Positions 17,490 through 28,876 of a stretch of 64,000 nucleotides of DNA are shown here, piece by piece; positions within the stretch are counted from its first letter, which is position 1; each line of letters starts with the position of its first letter. The translations under genes and the position numbers were made by a program. Source of the DNA: an uncultured Acidobacteriota bacterium. GTDB lineage: Bacteria; Acidobacteriota; Thermoanaerobaculia; Multivoradales; UBA5704. The DNA is taken from NCBI GenBank assembly GCA_963770895.1, contig CAVYRF010000001.1:352001-416000 (forward strand). Direction: 5' to 3'. Under the pieces are notes generated by a model that ran no database searches, had not been told where the DNA came from, and worked only from the letters and a program-made list of their open reading frames with translations.

Positions 17490-19830
17490 CGGCCAGGAGC
17501 GGCCCCAGGCCGGCCAGCGTCAGCAGCGCGCTGGCGAGCAGCGCCACGCACACCAGCAGTCCCAGGCGGCCGATGGTGGGGACCTGCGAGAAGGCCAGCA
17601 GGCCGAAGCCCAGCGACACCGCCAGCGTATCGGCGGCGATCTCGGGGCCGACGATGCGCACGGCGAAGCGGACGGCATCGGTCCCCGCCGCCGCGGCCAG
17701 GTAGCGCTCCATGAAATGCACCCCGTAGTCCACCCCGATGCCGAGCGTGATGGCGCTGAACATCGACGTCGCGACCCCCAGCGGGATGCCTGCCCATCCC
17801 ATGGTGCCGAACATCCAGAGCGCTGCCAGCGCCGACGGCAGGCTGGCGCAGACGGCGACCCGGAAGGACCGGTAGAGCCACCAGACCGCCGCCAGCGAGC
17901 CGACCAGGGCGAGCCCCACCGAGGCGACCTGGCTGTCGACGATCGCCGGGATCATCGCCTGGCTCACCGCCACGTCGCCGGCCAGGTCGAGGCGCGCCCC
18001 GAGCGGCCGCAGCTGCTCCCGCTCGAAGCGGCGCAGCGCGGCGATCAGGGCGGCGGTGTCGCGATAGTTGGCGTCCTTGAGGAACACCGTGACCAGGGTG
18101 CGGCGGAGGTCCTGGTCGATCATCTCGAGCCGCCGGCGCTTGCCGCGGATGCGGTCCAGGAACAGCAGCAGGCGGTCCACGGTCTCGGGATCGCGCGGGA
18201 TCGCCCGCGTCCCCGGCCGGCGCCCGTTCCACAGGTAGGCCACTGTCGTCAGCTGGCCGTAGGGACCCAGCACGCCCCCCACCTGCGGCTGGCTGCGGGC
18301 GAAGCTTTCCAGGCGCCCGACCGCCGCGAGCGCCTCGGCGTCCAGCAGCGGCCCCGCGTGCGAGCGCGAGCGGCCGACCGGCGCCCGCGGCCCGGTAAAA
18401 GCCACCTGCGCCAGCAGGATGTGCGAGCCGAAGAGGCGCGCGTTCACCTCCTCCGTCGCCACCCGCAGCGGGCTCGCCGGAGCGAAGGAGCCGATCCAGC
18501 TGTCCTGCACGGAGAGCCGCGCGATGCCGGCCCCCAGCGCCACGGTGAGCAGCCCCAAGCCGGCGAGTGTGGCGCCGGGGCTCGCCAGGAGCGGCTCGAC
18601 CAGGCGGACCAGCGCCCCGGCCGGGGTCGCCGGCGACCCCGGGTGGCGCAGCGCCGCCGGCGGCAGCAGCGCCAGCGCCGCCGGCACCACGGTCAGCGCG
18701 TAGACGATGCAGACCAGCATCCCCAGCGCCGCGAACAGCCCGAAGGCGCGCACCGGCGCGATCGCGGACGTCAGGAAGGAGAGGAACGCGATGAGCGCCG
18801 CGAGCGACGACAGCGCCACCGGCCGCATCACCTCCTCGACGGTGGCGCGCACGGCGGCGGGATGCGCCCGGCCGCCGTCGCCGCGCGCCAGCACCCCCTG
18901 GTAGCGCCACAACAGGTGGATCTCGTCCGCCACCCCCACAGTGGTCACGATGACCGGCAGCAGGTAGGTCGTCAGATAGATCGGCACCTCCGCCCATCCC
19001 ATCACCCCGAAGGTGCACACCAGGCAGCACGCCACCTCGCCGAGGCCGATCACCACCCCCCAGGCGCGCCGGCACCCTAGCCACATCACCGCCGCGATCA
19101 GCGCGATCGCCAGCGGCAGCAGCCGCGCCAGGTCGCTCGCCAGGTGGCTGCCGAGGAGCGCCTCCGCCACCGGCGCGCCCACCACCAGGACGCGGTCCGC
19201 CGGCGTCGCGAAGCGCTGCGCGACGCCCGCCACCTGGCGGTAGAGCCGCGTGCGGTCGCCGCCGCCGCCCGCCGCGCCGCCCGCCGCGCCGCCTGCCGCG
19301 TCGCCCGCCGGCGGCACCCCCACCAGGACCGCCGCGGCGCGCCCGTCCGCCGCCACCAGCGTGCCGGTCAGCACCTGCATCGCCGCCACGTCCGAGCGCA
19401 GCAGCGCCATGAGCCGCGGCGTCGTCGGCAGCGGATCGAGGAACGGCCGGAACACCAGGGAATTGGGATAGAACCGGTCGCGCCGCTCGGTGGCCAGGCT
19501 GACCACCCGCTCCGGCCCCACCTCCGGCAGCCGGCCCAGCGCCGCCGTCAGCCCGGCCAGCCGCGCCAGCGTCGCCGGGTTGTAGATCCCCGCCGGGTCC
19601 GCCGTCGCGACCAGTACGATGATCGGGTCCCGCAGGTCGAAGTGCCGGTGCACAAGGGCGTCGAACACCACCGCCGGATCGTCCGGCGGCGCCAGCGACC
19701 GCCCATCCGTCCGCACCTCGAGCCGCGCCAGCCCCGGCGCCGCGAGGAGAGTCGCCGCCGCCACCAGGCCGATCGCCAGCCGCGGCCGCGCCACCGCTCC
19801 CAGAGCCCATCGGCGAAGAAATCGGGTCAC
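17347..19830 (-). CDS. MMPL/RND-family transporter
   Basis: Two repeats of periplasmic loop plus TM bundle, with motifs VGVADEIH and LGIGVDYGVHF. Confidence 0.85.
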   Translation of the reverse strand: MTRFLRRWALGAVARPRLAIGLVAAATLLAAPGLARLEVRTDGRSLAPPDDPAVVFDALVHRHFDLRDPIIVLVATADPAGIYNPATLARLAGLTAALGRLPEVGPERVVSLATERRDRFYPNSLVFRPFLDPLPTTPRLMALLRSDVAAMQVLTGTLVAADGRAAAVLVGVPPAGDAAGGAAGGAAGGGGDRTRLYRQVAGVAQRFATPADRVLVVGAPVAEALLGSHLASDLARLLPLAIALIAAVMWLGCRRAWGVVIGLGEVACCLVCTFGVMGWAEVPIYLTTYLLPVIVTTVGVADEIHLLWRYQGVLARGDGGRAHPAAVRATVEEVMRPVALSSLAALIAFLSFLTSAIAPVRAFGLFAALGMLVCIVYALTVVPAALALLPPAALRHPGSPATPAGALVRLVEPLLASPGATLAGLGLLTVALGAGIARLSVQDSWIGSFAPASPLRVATEEVNARLFGSHILLAQVAFTGPRAPVGRSRSHAGPLLDAEALAAVGRLESFARSQPQVGGVLGPYGQLTTVAYLWNGRRPGTRAIPRDPETVDRLLLFLDRIRGKRRRLEMIDQDLRRTLVTVFLKDANYRDTAALIAALRRFEREQLRPLGARLDLAGDVAVSQAMIPAIVDSQVASVGLALVGSLAAVWWLYRSFRVAVCASLPSALAALWMFGTMGWAGIPLGVATSMFSAITLGIGVDYGVHFMERYLAAAAGTDAVRFAVRIVGPEIAADTLAVSLGFGLLAFSQVPTIGRLGLLVCVALLASALLTLAGLGPLLAVSRRRSAGPTPPPFRTAAAAGPGASADRTGPAHGGAGIAGPAARRRS

Positions 19831-20045
19831 CGCCCCCGTTACCCCCGCGCCAGGCCACCGGCGCCTTTGCCGTCAGAAAGCTTCTTTAAGCGCTCATTCT
19901 AGCGCAGCGCGCCGCCGGCGTAGGTGCACCCCCGTCACACTCTGACGCCACTGGCGGATTCAGCTATCCTTTGAGCACAGGACCTCACGGCTGGTCCGTC
20001 GTTGCCGGAATCGTGCCGGGCGAGCCATGCAGGCCAAGGAGTTCC

Positions 20046-22001
20046 ATGCATTCCAAGCGAGAAGTTCTAGAACACCTCAAACGAGACGAGCTGCTGGCCG
20101 CTGTGGACCGCTTCGAGTTGCGAGTCGAGGACCGGCGGCTCCGAAGCGAGTTGGTCGATGCCCTCGCGAGATCGCGGCGGACTGAGCTCCCAAGCATCCT
20201 GGCGAATCTGCCCCGAGCGCGGCTGAAGGAGCTTTGCCGAGCACTTGGGCTCGACGACACCGGTAGAGAGAAAGCTCATCTCATCAACCGCCTGGCTGAC
20301 GAGCCCTCCTCCACGCCACAAGCGGCAACAGCATCGCCCGGGGGAGCCAAGACGTTCGCCGCTCGCGCTGCCCGATCTGTCCCACGAGTCGCGTCTGCGC
20401 AACATCCCGTCGCGTCCGTGGTCCCGGGTTTTGACCAGCGGGAAGAACGGGTACCGAGATCGAGACGTAACGAACCCTCGGCGGCGAATCTGGGCTTCGA
20501 GGCAACGCTCTGGCGGGCCGCGGATGCCTTGCGCAACAACATGGACGCGGCCGAGTACAAGCACGTGGTACTCGGCCTGATTTTCCTGAAGTACATCTCC
20601 GACGCCTTCGAGTCCATGCATGCAGAGCTCGATGCCCAGCGCGCGGAGGGCGCCGATCCCGAAGATCCTGACGAGTATCGGGCGGTCAGCATCTTCTGGG
20701 TGCCGCAAGAGGCGCGCTGGGCACACCTCAAGGCCAACGCACCTCAGCCAGCGATAGGGCAGGTCGTGGACAATGCGATGAATGCCATTGAGCGCGACAA
20801 CCCGTCATTAAAAGGCGTGCTGCCCAGGGACTATGGACGCCCCGGCCTCGATAAGCAGCGCCTTGGCCAGCTCATCAACCTGGTCAGCGACATAGGACTA
20901 GGGAGCCCTGCTGACCGCGCCAAGGACGTTCTCGGCCGCGTCTACGAGTACTTCCTGGCCCAGTTCGCCAGCGCCGAGGGAAGGAAGGGCGGGCAGTTCT
21001 ATACGCCGTCACGGGTCGTGCGGGTCCTGGTCGAGATGCTCGCTCCTTATAAAGGACGCGTCTACGACCCATGCTGCGGCTCTGGCGGCATGTTTGTGAG
21101 CAGCGAGAAGTTTATCGAGGCACACAGGGGAAAGATCGGTGACATCGCGATCTACGGCCAGGAATCCAACTACACCACCTGGCGGCTCGCCAAGATGAAC
21201 CTCGCCATCCGCGGCATCGACGCTCGGATCGCCCACGGCGACACCTTTCACAATGATCGGCACCCCGACCTCAAGGCCGATTACGTGCTCGCCAATCCAC
21301 CCTTCAACGACAGCGACTGGCGGGGCGAGCTGTTAAAGAAGGACCAGCGCTGGGCCTACGGCGTGCCGCCCGCCGGCAATGCCAACTTCGCCTGGGTGCA
21401 GCACTTCATCTACCACCTGGCTCCCACAGGGCTCGCCGGCTTCGTGCTGGCCAACGGCTCGATGTCATCGAACCAGTCAGGTGAGGGGGAGATCCGCAAG
21501 GCAATCATCGAGGCGGATCTCGTGGACTGCATGGTGGCGCTCCCCGGTCAGCTCTTCTATGCGACGCAGATCCCGGTCTGCCTATGGATTCTCGCCCGCG
21601 ACAAAAAGAATGGCCGCTTTCGCGACCGGCGCGGCGAGACGCTTTTTGTCGACGCGCGGAAGATGGGAACAATGTTGGACCGGGTGCGCCGGGATCTGAC
21701 GGACGGGGATATAGCGCAGATCGCAACCACGTACCACGCGTGGCGTGGCGAGGAGGGTGCGGGCGACTTCATCGACCAGCCAGGCTTCTGCAGGAAAGCC
21801 AAACTCGATGAGATACGTCAGCACGATCACATCTTGACACCTGGGCGCTACGTTGAGATAGCGGCGCCCCTAGAGGACAGCGAGCCATTCGGGGATAGGA
21901 TGAAGCGATTGGTCGCGACGCTGCGTGGACAAACCGAGCAGGCCGCGAAGCTGGACGCTCGCATTCAAGCCAGCCTGTCGGAGCTTGGTTATGACGAGTG
22001 A
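20046..22001 (+). CDS. hsdM: Type I R-M methyltransferase with extra N-terminal helical domain
   Basis: [31 protein letters not shown], motif I DPCCGSGG and motif IV NPPF. ATG 20046 follows AAGGAG. Confidence 0.95.
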   Translation: MHSKREVLEHLKRDELLAAVDRFELRVEDRRLRSELVDALARSRRTELPSILANLPRARLKELCRALGLDDTGREKAHLINRLADEPSSTPQAATASPGGAKTFAARAARSVPRVASAQHPVASVVPGFDQREERVPRSRRNEPSAANLGFEATLWRAADALRNNMDAAEYKHVVLGLIFLKYISDAFESMHAELDAQRAEGADPEDPDEYRAVSIFWVPQEARWAHLKANAPQPAIGQVVDNAMNAIERDNPSLKGVLPRDYGRPGLDKQRLGQLINLVSDIGLGSPADRAKDVLGRVYEYFLAQFASAEGRKGGQFYTPSRVVRVLVEMLAPYKGRVYDPCCGSGGMFVSSEKFIEAHRGKIGDIAIYGQESNYTTWRLAKMNLAIRGIDARIAHGDTFHNDRHPDLKADYVLANPPFNDSDWRGELLKKDQRWAYGVPPAGNANFAWVQHFIYHLAPTGLAGFVLANGSMSSNQSGEGEIRKAIIEADLVDCMVALPGQLFYATQIPVCLWILARDKKNGRFRDRRGETLFVDARKMGTMLDRVRRDLTDGDIAQIATTYHAWRGEEGAGDFIDQPGFCRKAKLDEIRQHDHILTPGRYVEIAAPLEDSEPFGDRMKRLVATLRGQTEQAAKLDARIQASLSELGYDE

Positions 22002-23334
22002 GTGGGCTCGATGCTGCGTTACTGACCTTGAGGCGCGCGGAATCCTGCATGTGGAGGATGGGAACCACGGCGAGTATAGACCACGCCCCGAAGAGTTCGT
22101 GCCCTCAGGGACTGCCTTCATTCGGGCAGCCGACATGAGTGAGGGCCGAGTTCTGTTCGAGACCGCTTCGAAGATCAATGGTCGAGCCTTAGGACGAATT
22201 CGGAAGGGCGTCGGTGCGGGTGGCGATGTGCTAATCTCTCATAAAGGCACAGTCGGAAAGGTTGCATACGTGCCTCTCAACGCTCCTCGCTTTGTTTGTT
22301 CACCGCAAACAACCTTCTGGCGCTCCTTAGATCAGGAGGTACTGGATCGCCGGTACCTTTACTACTTTCTTTGCTCGGAGAGCTTTCAACTGCAACTGGC
22401 GGCCCGCAAGAGCGAGACGGACATGGCTGATTACGTCAGCTTAACGAACCAACGCTTGCTGTCCGTTCTCGTCCCCCCAATCTGCACCCAGCGCTCCATC
22501 GCGAGTGTGCTTGGGATGCTGGACGACAAGATCGAGCTCAACCGCCGGATGAACTCAGCTTTGGAGCAAACTGCGCATGCGCTCTTCAAGTCGTGGTTCG
22601 TGGACTTCAATCCCGTTCGCGCCGAGGCGATCGGTTGCGATCCAGATCTGCCCAAGCACTTGGCCAACCTATTTCCGAATTCTCTTGAGGCGTCGGAGCT
22701 AGGCGAAATCCCAGCTGGCTGGAGCGTGGTTCCTGTCGGCAAGTTGGCGACCATCGCCGGAGGGACCACGCCCAGTACGAAAGAATCGATATTCTGGACT
22801 GGTGGCATTCATCACTGGGCTACGCCAAAGGACCTGTCGCATCTTCGGGAGCCCGTTCTACTGGACACTGAGCGCAAGATCACTGATCTTGGCCTTGCTC
22901 AGATCGGGTCAGGCCTGCTCCCGGTGGGTACGGTATTGCTTTCGTCTCGTGCGCCCATCGGTTACCTCGCGATCGCTGAGACCCCAGTGGCTATCAACCA
23001 AGGTTTCATCGCTATTTGCCCTCGAGAAGGCATTTCAAATCTCTTCCTTCTCTTTTGGGCGAAATGGGCTCATGAGCAGATCGTGAGCAGGGCTAATGGC
23101 TCGACTTTCCTGGAAATCAGTAAATCGGCCTTCAGGCCGATCCCGGTTGTCTGCCCCTCCCCTGCAATCTTCGAAATGTTCGAGATGACAGTGCGGCCGC
23201 TCTACTCGCGTATCGTTGTCGGTGCCCGGCAGTCGGTAACACTCCGCGCTCTGCGCGACGCGCTGTTGCCTAAGCTTATCTCTGGCGAGCTTCGGATTCG
23301 GGAGGCAGAGCGCATCGTCAGGAGGAGGTCCTGA
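21991..23334 (+). CDS. hsdS: Type I R-M specificity subunit
   Basis: Two TRDs, conserved [12 protein letters not shown]...[16 protein letters not shown] and [16 protein letters not shown] overlaps the hsdM end. Confidence 0.93.
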   Translation: MTSEWARCCVTDLEARGILHVEDGNHGEYRPRPEEFVPSGTAFIRAADMSEGRVLFETASKINGRALGRIRKGVGAGGDVLISHKGTVGKVAYVPLNAPRFVCSPQTTFWRSLDQEVLDRRYLYYFLCSESFQLQLAARKSETDMADYVSLTNQRLLSVLVPPICTQRSIASVLGMLDDKIELNRRMNSALEQTAHALFKSWFVDFNPVRAEAIGCDPDLPKHLANLFPNSLEASELGEIPAGWSVVPVGKLATIAGGTTPSTKESIFWTGGIHHWATPKDLSHLREPVLLDTERKITDLGLAQIGSGLLPVGTVLLSSRAPIGYLAIAETPVAINQGFIAICPREGISNLFLLFWAKWAHEQIVSRANGSTFLEISKSAFRPIPVVCPSPAIFEMFEMTVRPLYSRIVVGARQSVTLRALRDALLPKLISGELRIREAERIVRRRS

Positions 23335-24026
23335 TGCCCGACGCAGCTATGACCAGGCAGTTCGCGATGCAGGGCGCACGGGCGGCCATTGAGGGCGGTC
23401 TTTCTCACATCGAGGATCAGATCAAGAGCATTGAGCAGGCAGTGGCGGAGAACCCGGGACTAGCGTTCGACTTGGCGAAGACGGTTGTCGAGAGCACATG
23501 CAAGACGATCTTGAGCGAACGTCAGGTCTCGTTCGAGCCCGACGACAAGCTGCCGAGGTTATTTAGGGCAGTCACCATGAATCTGTCTGTGTTGCCCGTC
23601 ACGCTGAGCAGTGACGCTGATGCCCGCAGGAGCCTGGCGCAGACGCTGACCGGACTGCACACTTCACTGGTCGGTGTGTGCGAGCTTCGCAACGCCTTTG
23701 GCTTCGCCTCGCATGGCTCAGCGGGACCACGGCCCGTCATGGAAAGCGTCCAGGCGCTGCTCGCGGCGCAGGCCGCGGATGCTATTGTCGGCTTCCTGTA
23801 CCGCATTCACAGGCAAGAACGTGCGACCGCTGAGGCGCCACAGCTGGTTTTCGACGACAATGACGCTTTCAACTCGTACGTGGACGAAGCGAATGCGGCG
23901 GTGCGGATCTTCGACCTGGAGTACAGGCCGAGTGAGGTTCTCTTTAACTGCGATCAGGAGGCTTACCGCGATCTCTTGTCCGGATTCGAGCCCGAGAGCA
24001 CCCACGCTGGCCCGGAGGCGATTTGA
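23334..24026 (+). CDS. Abortive-infection family (Abi_C-like) protein inside the R-M operon
   Basis: AKTVVESTCKTIL and ELRNAFGFASHG (HEPN-like R...H). Coupled to hsdS through TGATG. Confidence 0.7.
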   Translation: MPDAAMTRQFAMQGARAAIEGGLSHIEDQIKSIEQAVAENPGLAFDLAKTVVESTCKTILSERQVSFEPDDKLPRLFRAVTMNLSVLPVTLSSDADARRSLAQTLTGLHTSLVGVCELRNAFGFASHGSAGPRPVMESVQALLAAQAADAIVGFLYRIHRQERATAEAPQLVFDDNDAFNSYVDEANAAVRIFDLEYRPSEVLFNCDQEAYRDLLSGFEPESTHAGPEAI

Positions 24027-24041
24027 AGTAGTCGCGCAAGC

Positions 24042-27000
24042 ATGGTTGTGAGCGGGGTGGATCTCAGAGAGTCGATGGTTGAGCAGGCTACGCTTGCGTG
24101 GCTGGAGGCGCTAGGTTATGTCGTGCTTCGCGGCCCGCAGATCGCCGCGGGCGAACCCGGCGCCGAGCGTAGCGACCCACGCTACCGCGACGTGGTGTTG
24201 GAGCGCCGCCTGCGGCAGGCGCTCGTCCGGCTGAATCCCGACCTGCCCTCGTCGGCGCTGGAGGATGCATTCCTGAGGCTTACCCGTCCCGATGCGGTGT
24301 CGCTGTTGGAACGCAACCGTGCAACGCACCGGATGCTGGTGGAGGGCGTCACGGTTGAGTACCGGCGGGCTGACGTCTCGATCGCTGGCGCCCAGGCACG
24401 GGCGATCGACTTCGACCTTCCAAACAACAACGACTGGCTGGCTGTTAATCAGTTCACCGTCGCGGAGGATGGGCACGTTCGCCGGCTCGACGTGGTGGTG
24501 TTCGTCAACGGCCTGCCTCTCGCAGTCATCGAGCTCAAGAGCGCTTCCGACGCGAGCGCCACGATCTGGAACGCCTTCCGGCAGCTCGAAACCTACCAGG
24601 CGGAGATCCCTTCGCTCTTTGCCTACAACGCGGCGCTCGTCATCTCCGACGGCGTACAGGCCCGCCTCGGAGCGCTTGGCGCTGGGAGGGAATGGTTCAA
24701 GCTTTGGCGGACGATCAGTGGCCGAGACGACGACGTGGCGGCGTTCCTGCCTGAGCTCCAGGTTGTCTTGGAAGGAGTGTTCGAGAAGCATCGTTTCCTC
24801 AATTTTCTGCGCTACTTCATTGTCTTCGAGGATCTGGGTGGTGGAGCGCTGGCCAAGAAGATTGCGGCCTACCACCAATTCCATGCTGTGAACTGGGCGG
24901 TAGAAGAGACCCTGCGAGCCGCACAAAGAGTAATGGCGGAATGGGTCGCCGAAGGCCCGGGACGCTACGAGTCGGGACGGCGGCGTGGCGGTGCCCCTGG
25001 TGACCACCGTGTGGGAGTCGTATGGCACACGCAGGGCTCGGGCAAGAGCCTCACCATGGCCTTCTACGCGGGACGAGTGATTTTGCATCCGGAGATGGAG
25101 AACCCCACGCTTGTGGTGCTCACCGACCGCAACGATCTTGACGACCAGCTCTTCGGAATCTTCGCCCGATGCCGCGACCTGCTGCGCCAGCCGCCGGTGC
25201 AGGCGACGAGCCGCTCTGACCTGCGCAGGAAGCTGGGCGTGGGTGGCGGAGGAGTCGTGTTCACGACGATCCAGAAGTTCTTTCCGGAGGCTAGGGGTGA
25301 CCGGCAGCCGGTGCTCTCGGAGCGCCGCAACGTCGTTGTGATCGCCGACGAGGCACACCGCAGCCAATACGACTTCATCGACGGTTTTGCCCGGCACATG
25401 CACGACGCTCTGCCGAACGCGTCGTTCATCGGCTTCACTGGGACCCCCATTGAGACGACCGACGCGAACACGCGCGCCGTCTTTGGCGACTACATCAGCG
25501 TCTACGACATCCGGCGGTCGGTATTCGACGGGGCCACCGTTCCCATCTACTACGAGAGCCGGCTCGCGAAGCTGGAGCTCAAGCAGTCCGAGCGCCTGAG
25601 GATCGACGCCGACTTCGAGGATGTCACCGAGGGAGAAGAGGTCGAGCGCAAGGAGAGGCTCAAGACGAAGTGGGCGCAACTCGAAAAGCTGGTGGGAGCC
25701 GAGAACCGGGTCCGACTCATCGCCAGCGACTTGGTGACTCACTTCGAGGAACGCCTGACGGCGCTGGACGGCAAGGCGATGATCGTGTGCATGAGCCGGC
25801 GCATCTGCGTCGAGCTCTATGGTCATCTCGTCGCGCTCCGGCCGGAATGGCACGACTCCGCGGACGAGCAGGGTGCGCTCAAGCTGGTGATGACAGGCGA
25901 TGCCTCCGACCCTGCGGACTGGCAGCGTCACATCCGCGGCAAAACTCGCCTCGAGGTGCTCGCCCAGCGTTTCCGCGATCCCGGTGACCCCTTCCAGATC
26001 GTCATCGTACGGGACATGTGGCTCACCGGGTTCGACGCACCGAGCCTTCACACCATGTACCTCGACAAGCCGATGCGTGGGCACGGCCTCATGCAGGCAA
26101 TCGCCCGCGTAAACCGGGTTTTCAAGGACAAGCCCGGAGGGCTGGTGGTGGATTACCTCGGCATCGCCGACGCTCTGAAGCAAGCCCTTGCGACCTATAC
26201 AGAGAGCGGCGGCACCGGCGATGCCGCGATCCCCCAGGCCGAAGCTGTCGCCCTGATGGTTGAGAAGTTGGAGGTGTGCAGGGCGCTCTTCCATGGCTTC
26301 GAACGCTTGCTCTGGATCGGGGGAACGCCACAGGAGCGCCTTGCCTTGCTGCCGCTGGCACAGGAGCATACGTTGGTGCAGAAAGATGGAAAGGATCGGC
26401 TCCTGCGCGCCGTCTCGGAGCTGACCCGAGCTTTTGCCCTTGCAGTGCCGCACCAGGATGCGCTCCGCGTTCGTGACGAAGTCGGATTCTTCCAGGCGGT
26501 GCGCGCAGCGGTGGCGAAGAGCGCGCCAGAGGAGAGCCGAACCGACGAGTATCTCGACCACGCGATCCGCCAGATCGTGTCGAGGGCAGTTGCATCCGGA
26601 GAGGTCGTGGACATCTTCGCCGCCGCGGGCCTCAAGAAACCGGACCTGTCGATCCTCTCGGACGAGTTCCTGGCCGAGGTGCGCGACATGCCGCAGCGCA
26701 ATCTCGCGGTTGAACTGCTGCGCAAGCTGCTCACAGGTGAGATCAGGTCCAGGTCACGGCGGAACGTCGTCCAGGCTCGCTCTTTCGGAGACCTGCTAGA
26801 GCAGGCGGTGCGCCGCTACCAGAACCGGGCGATCGAGACGGCGCAGGTGATCGAGGAGCTGATCGCCCTCGCGAAGGAGATGCGGGAAGCGATCTCGCGC
26901 GGAGAGGAACTGGGTTTATCGGAGGACGAGCTCGCCTTTTACGACGCTCTCGAGACCAACGACAGCGCGGTCAAGGTGCTGGGCGAGCCGACTCTCAAAG

Positions 27001-27218
27001 CGATCGCCCGTGAGTTGGTGAAGACGGTGCGCGCGAATCTCACGATCGATTGGGCAGTGCGGGAGAACGTTCGCGCGCAGCTTCGAGTGGTGATCAAGCG
27101 CATCTTGCGGAGGTACGGCTATCCGCCCGACAAACAGGAGAAGGCCACGAAGACCGTGCTCGAGCAGGCGGAGGTGCTGTCGGAAGGATGGACGTCGGGG
27201 TTGCCTTCGAGGAACTGA
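24042..27218 (+). CDS. hsdR: Type I restriction subunit R
   Basis: Nuclease [37 protein letters not shown] and C-terminal YGYPPDKQ. Confidence 0.95.
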   Translation: MVVSGVDLRESMVEQATLAWLEALGYVVLRGPQIAAGEPGAERSDPRYRDVVLERRLRQALVRLNPDLPSSALEDAFLRLTRPDAVSLLERNRATHRMLVEGVTVEYRRADVSIAGAQARAIDFDLPNNNDWLAVNQFTVAEDGHVRRLDVVVFVNGLPLAVIELKSASDASATIWNAFRQLETYQAEIPSLFAYNAALVISDGVQARLGALGAGREWFKLWRTISGRDDDVAAFLPELQVVLEGVFEKHRFLNFLRYFIVFEDLGGGALAKKIAAYHQFHAVNWAVEETLRAAQRVMAEWVAEGPGRYESGRRRGGAPGDHRVGVVWHTQGSGKSLTMAFYAGRVILHPEMENPTLVVLTDRNDLDDQLFGIFARCRDLLRQPPVQATSRSDLRRKLGVGGGGVVFTTIQKFFPEARGDRQPVLSERRNVVVIADEAHRSQYDFIDGFARHMHDALPNASFIGFTGTPIETTDANTRAVFGDYISVYDIRRSVFDGATVPIYYESRLAKLELKQSERLRIDADFEDVTEGEEVERKERLKTKWAQLEKLVGAENRVRLIASDLVTHFEERLTALDGKAMIVCMSRRICVELYGHLVALRPEWHDSADEQGALKLVMTGDASDPADWQRHIRGKTRLEVLAQRFRDPGDPFQIVIVRDMWLTGFDAPSLHTMYLDKPMRGHGLMQAIARVNRVFKDKPGGLVVDYLGIADALKQALATYTESGGTGDAAIPQAEAVALMVEKLEVCRALFHGFERLLWIGGTPQERLALLPLAQEHTLVQKDGKDRLLRAVSELTRAFALAVPHQDALRVRDEVGFFQAVRAAVAKSAPEESRTDEYLDHAIRQIVSRAVASGEVVDIFAAAGLKKPDLSILSDEFLAEVRDMPQRNLAVELLRKLLTGEIRSRSRRNVVQARSFGDLLEQAVRRYQNRAIETAQVIEELIALAKEMREAISRGEELGLSEDELAFYDALETNDSAVKVLGEPTLKAIARELVKTVRANLTIDWAVRENVRAQLRVVIKRILRRYGYPPDKQEKATKTVLEQAEVLSEGWTSGLPSRN

Positions 27219-27360
27219 TCTCGGTTGCGGCGTCAAGGCACTCTCCGGCGCCGAATCGGCTTTGCGATAGAGCCCGGCCCGCCAGGGCACGCAGGCGACC
27301 GCGGCATGGTGGTGCGTCCTGGATGAAGGTGGTTGGGTATTTCAGCGCCACCGGTACCGG

Positions 27361-27391
27361 CTTTACTCCCTTGTGTCTTTACTCATAAAGT
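27361..27391 (+). promoter_or_regulatory. Putative promoter/operator upstream of the ATP-grasp gene
   Basis: AT-rich patch with the direct repeat CTTTACTC x2, the palindrome CTTTA-N4-TAAAG, and TTTACT-N18-TAAAGT resembling -35/-10. Confidence 0.35.
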
Positions 27392-27433
27392 GTGCGAGAG
27401 CTCGGCCGAGATCGCCTGGCCCGGGGTCGTCGA

Positions 27434-28643
27434 ATGGCGCGAATCTTGATCCAGACGCAGGTGCACGACGTCCATGCCCTGGCCCTGGCCCATGCCCTGC
27501 GGTTGCGCGGCCACCAGCCTGTCCTCTAGCTAGTACGGCGCCGACTTTCCCACTCGCCAGACGGCCTCGCTTGAGCTGAGCGGCGGCACCGGTCTCTGCT
27601 GGGAGATCACCGGTGCGGCTCTGCACATGGCGGACGAGCACTTCGACACCGTCTGGTGCCGGCGCCTGGCCTCGTCCGTCGTCTTGCCGAGCGGCATGCA
27701 TCCGGGCGACCGTGACTTCGCGGCGTCCGAGTGCAGGGTCTTCAGGCAGGCCCTTCCCCTGCTCATCGCTCCTCGGGCCTTCTGGGTCAACCCGTCCGCC
27801 AGCCGTGAGCGGGCGGCCAGCAAGCCCGTGCAGCTCCTCGAGGCAGTCCGCGCGGGTCTTCAGATCCCGCCAACCCTCTGCAGCAACGATCCGGAAACGA
27901 TCCGCCGCTTCCTCGCCGACAGCGACGGCGAGGTGATCTACAAGCCCTTTCGGCCTCACCAGTGGGAGCTCGACGAAGAGGGAGTCGCGCTCCTTTTCAC
28001 CAGTGTCGTGACGGGGGAGGACCTGCCCACGGATGACACGCTCCGGCTGGTGCCCGGTATTTTCCAGTCCAGGATTCCCAAGGCATACGAGCTGCGAGTG
28101 ACGTTCATGGGCGGTCACCGGGTGACCGCGAGGATCATGTCGCAGAAAAAGGCCGCCTCGCAGCTCGACTGGCGAGCGGCGTTCGCGGACATCGACGTCG
28201 AGCCTGGCGAGCTTCCCGAGGCCACCGACGCAGCATGCAGGCGCCTGATGGAGCGGCTCGGGATCGTCTTCGGCTGTTTCGATTTCATCGTCACCCCGGC
28301 GGGAGAGCACATCTTCCTCGAAGTCAACGAGATGGGACAATTCCTGTTCATCGAGGAGATCCACCCCGAGATCCGACTGCTGGCGCCGTTCACCGAGTTC
28401 CTGATCAGCGGCGACCCCAGGTTCAGGTGGCGGCCCGGTCCGGACGAGCTGAGCTGCCCGGACCTCAAGGGAGATCTGGAGGGGTATTCGCAAGCAGAGC
28501 TGCGCCTGCACGTCGAAGAGGCGAACCAGTTCCAGGCGAGCGATCGCGCGGAGACCGACGTGCCCGGCGCTCACGACGACCGATCCCCCGGCGACTCTGT
28601 CGTCGCCGGGAACTCAAAGGAGGTTCCAAATGAAGAAGAGTGA
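27434..28643 (+). pseudogene. ATP-grasp peptide ligase (RimK/MvdD-like, graspetide synthetase), disrupted near the 5' end
   Basis: MARILIQTQVHDVHALALAHALRLRGHQPVL stops at TAG 27527. The sequence continues in the +1 frame as YGADFPTRQ... into ORF 27627-28643 (SKPVQL, PPTLCSND, IYKPF, ELRV, DWR, FGCFDF, FLEVNEMGQF). The lesion reads CTAGCTAG. Confidence 0.8.
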
Positions 28644-28776
28644 GAACAGGCATGAGCGGATCCTCGGCCGCCGGCTGGCGAAACGTCTGACGGCCGAAGA
28701 GCTCCGGCAGGCGGGCGCCGCGGCCACGGCCTTCAGCTACTGCTGGCCGCTCAACATCGACGACGTCATATCGTGA
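28630..28776 (+). CDS. Putative graspetide precursor peptide (48 aa, absent from the ORF track)
   Basis: MKKSENRHERILGRRLAKRLTAEELRQAGAAATAFSYCWPLNIDDVIS. Strong AAAGGAGG RBS, overlaps the ligase end, and has a leader-like LTAEELxxxGA followed by a T/S...DD core. Confidence 0.75.
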   Translation: MKKSENRHERILGRRLAKRLTAEELRQAGAAATAFSYCWPLNIDDVIS

Positions 28777-28780
28777 CCGC

Positions 28781-28861
28781 CCGCGGCCCGCTGGACGGGC
28801 CTGCGGATGACCTGGCCAACGTCTCCGATCCCCGGCCCTCCCGGCAGCTGGGCGGGCCGGG
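28781..28861. terminator. Two GC-rich hairpins between the precursor and the convergent methyltransferase
   Basis: CCGCGGCCCG-CTGGA-CGGGCCTGCGG (28781-28806) and CCCGGCCC...GGGCCGGG (28831-28861). No U-tract. Confidence 0.35.
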
Positions 28862-28876
28862 CAGGTCGGTTAGGGT

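Noticed and set aside
27527-27533. Amber recoding (pyrrolysine or readthrough) in the ATP-grasp gene
   Set aside because: A frameshift is also required, no pyl genes are visible, and TAG is a normal stop elsewhere in the window.
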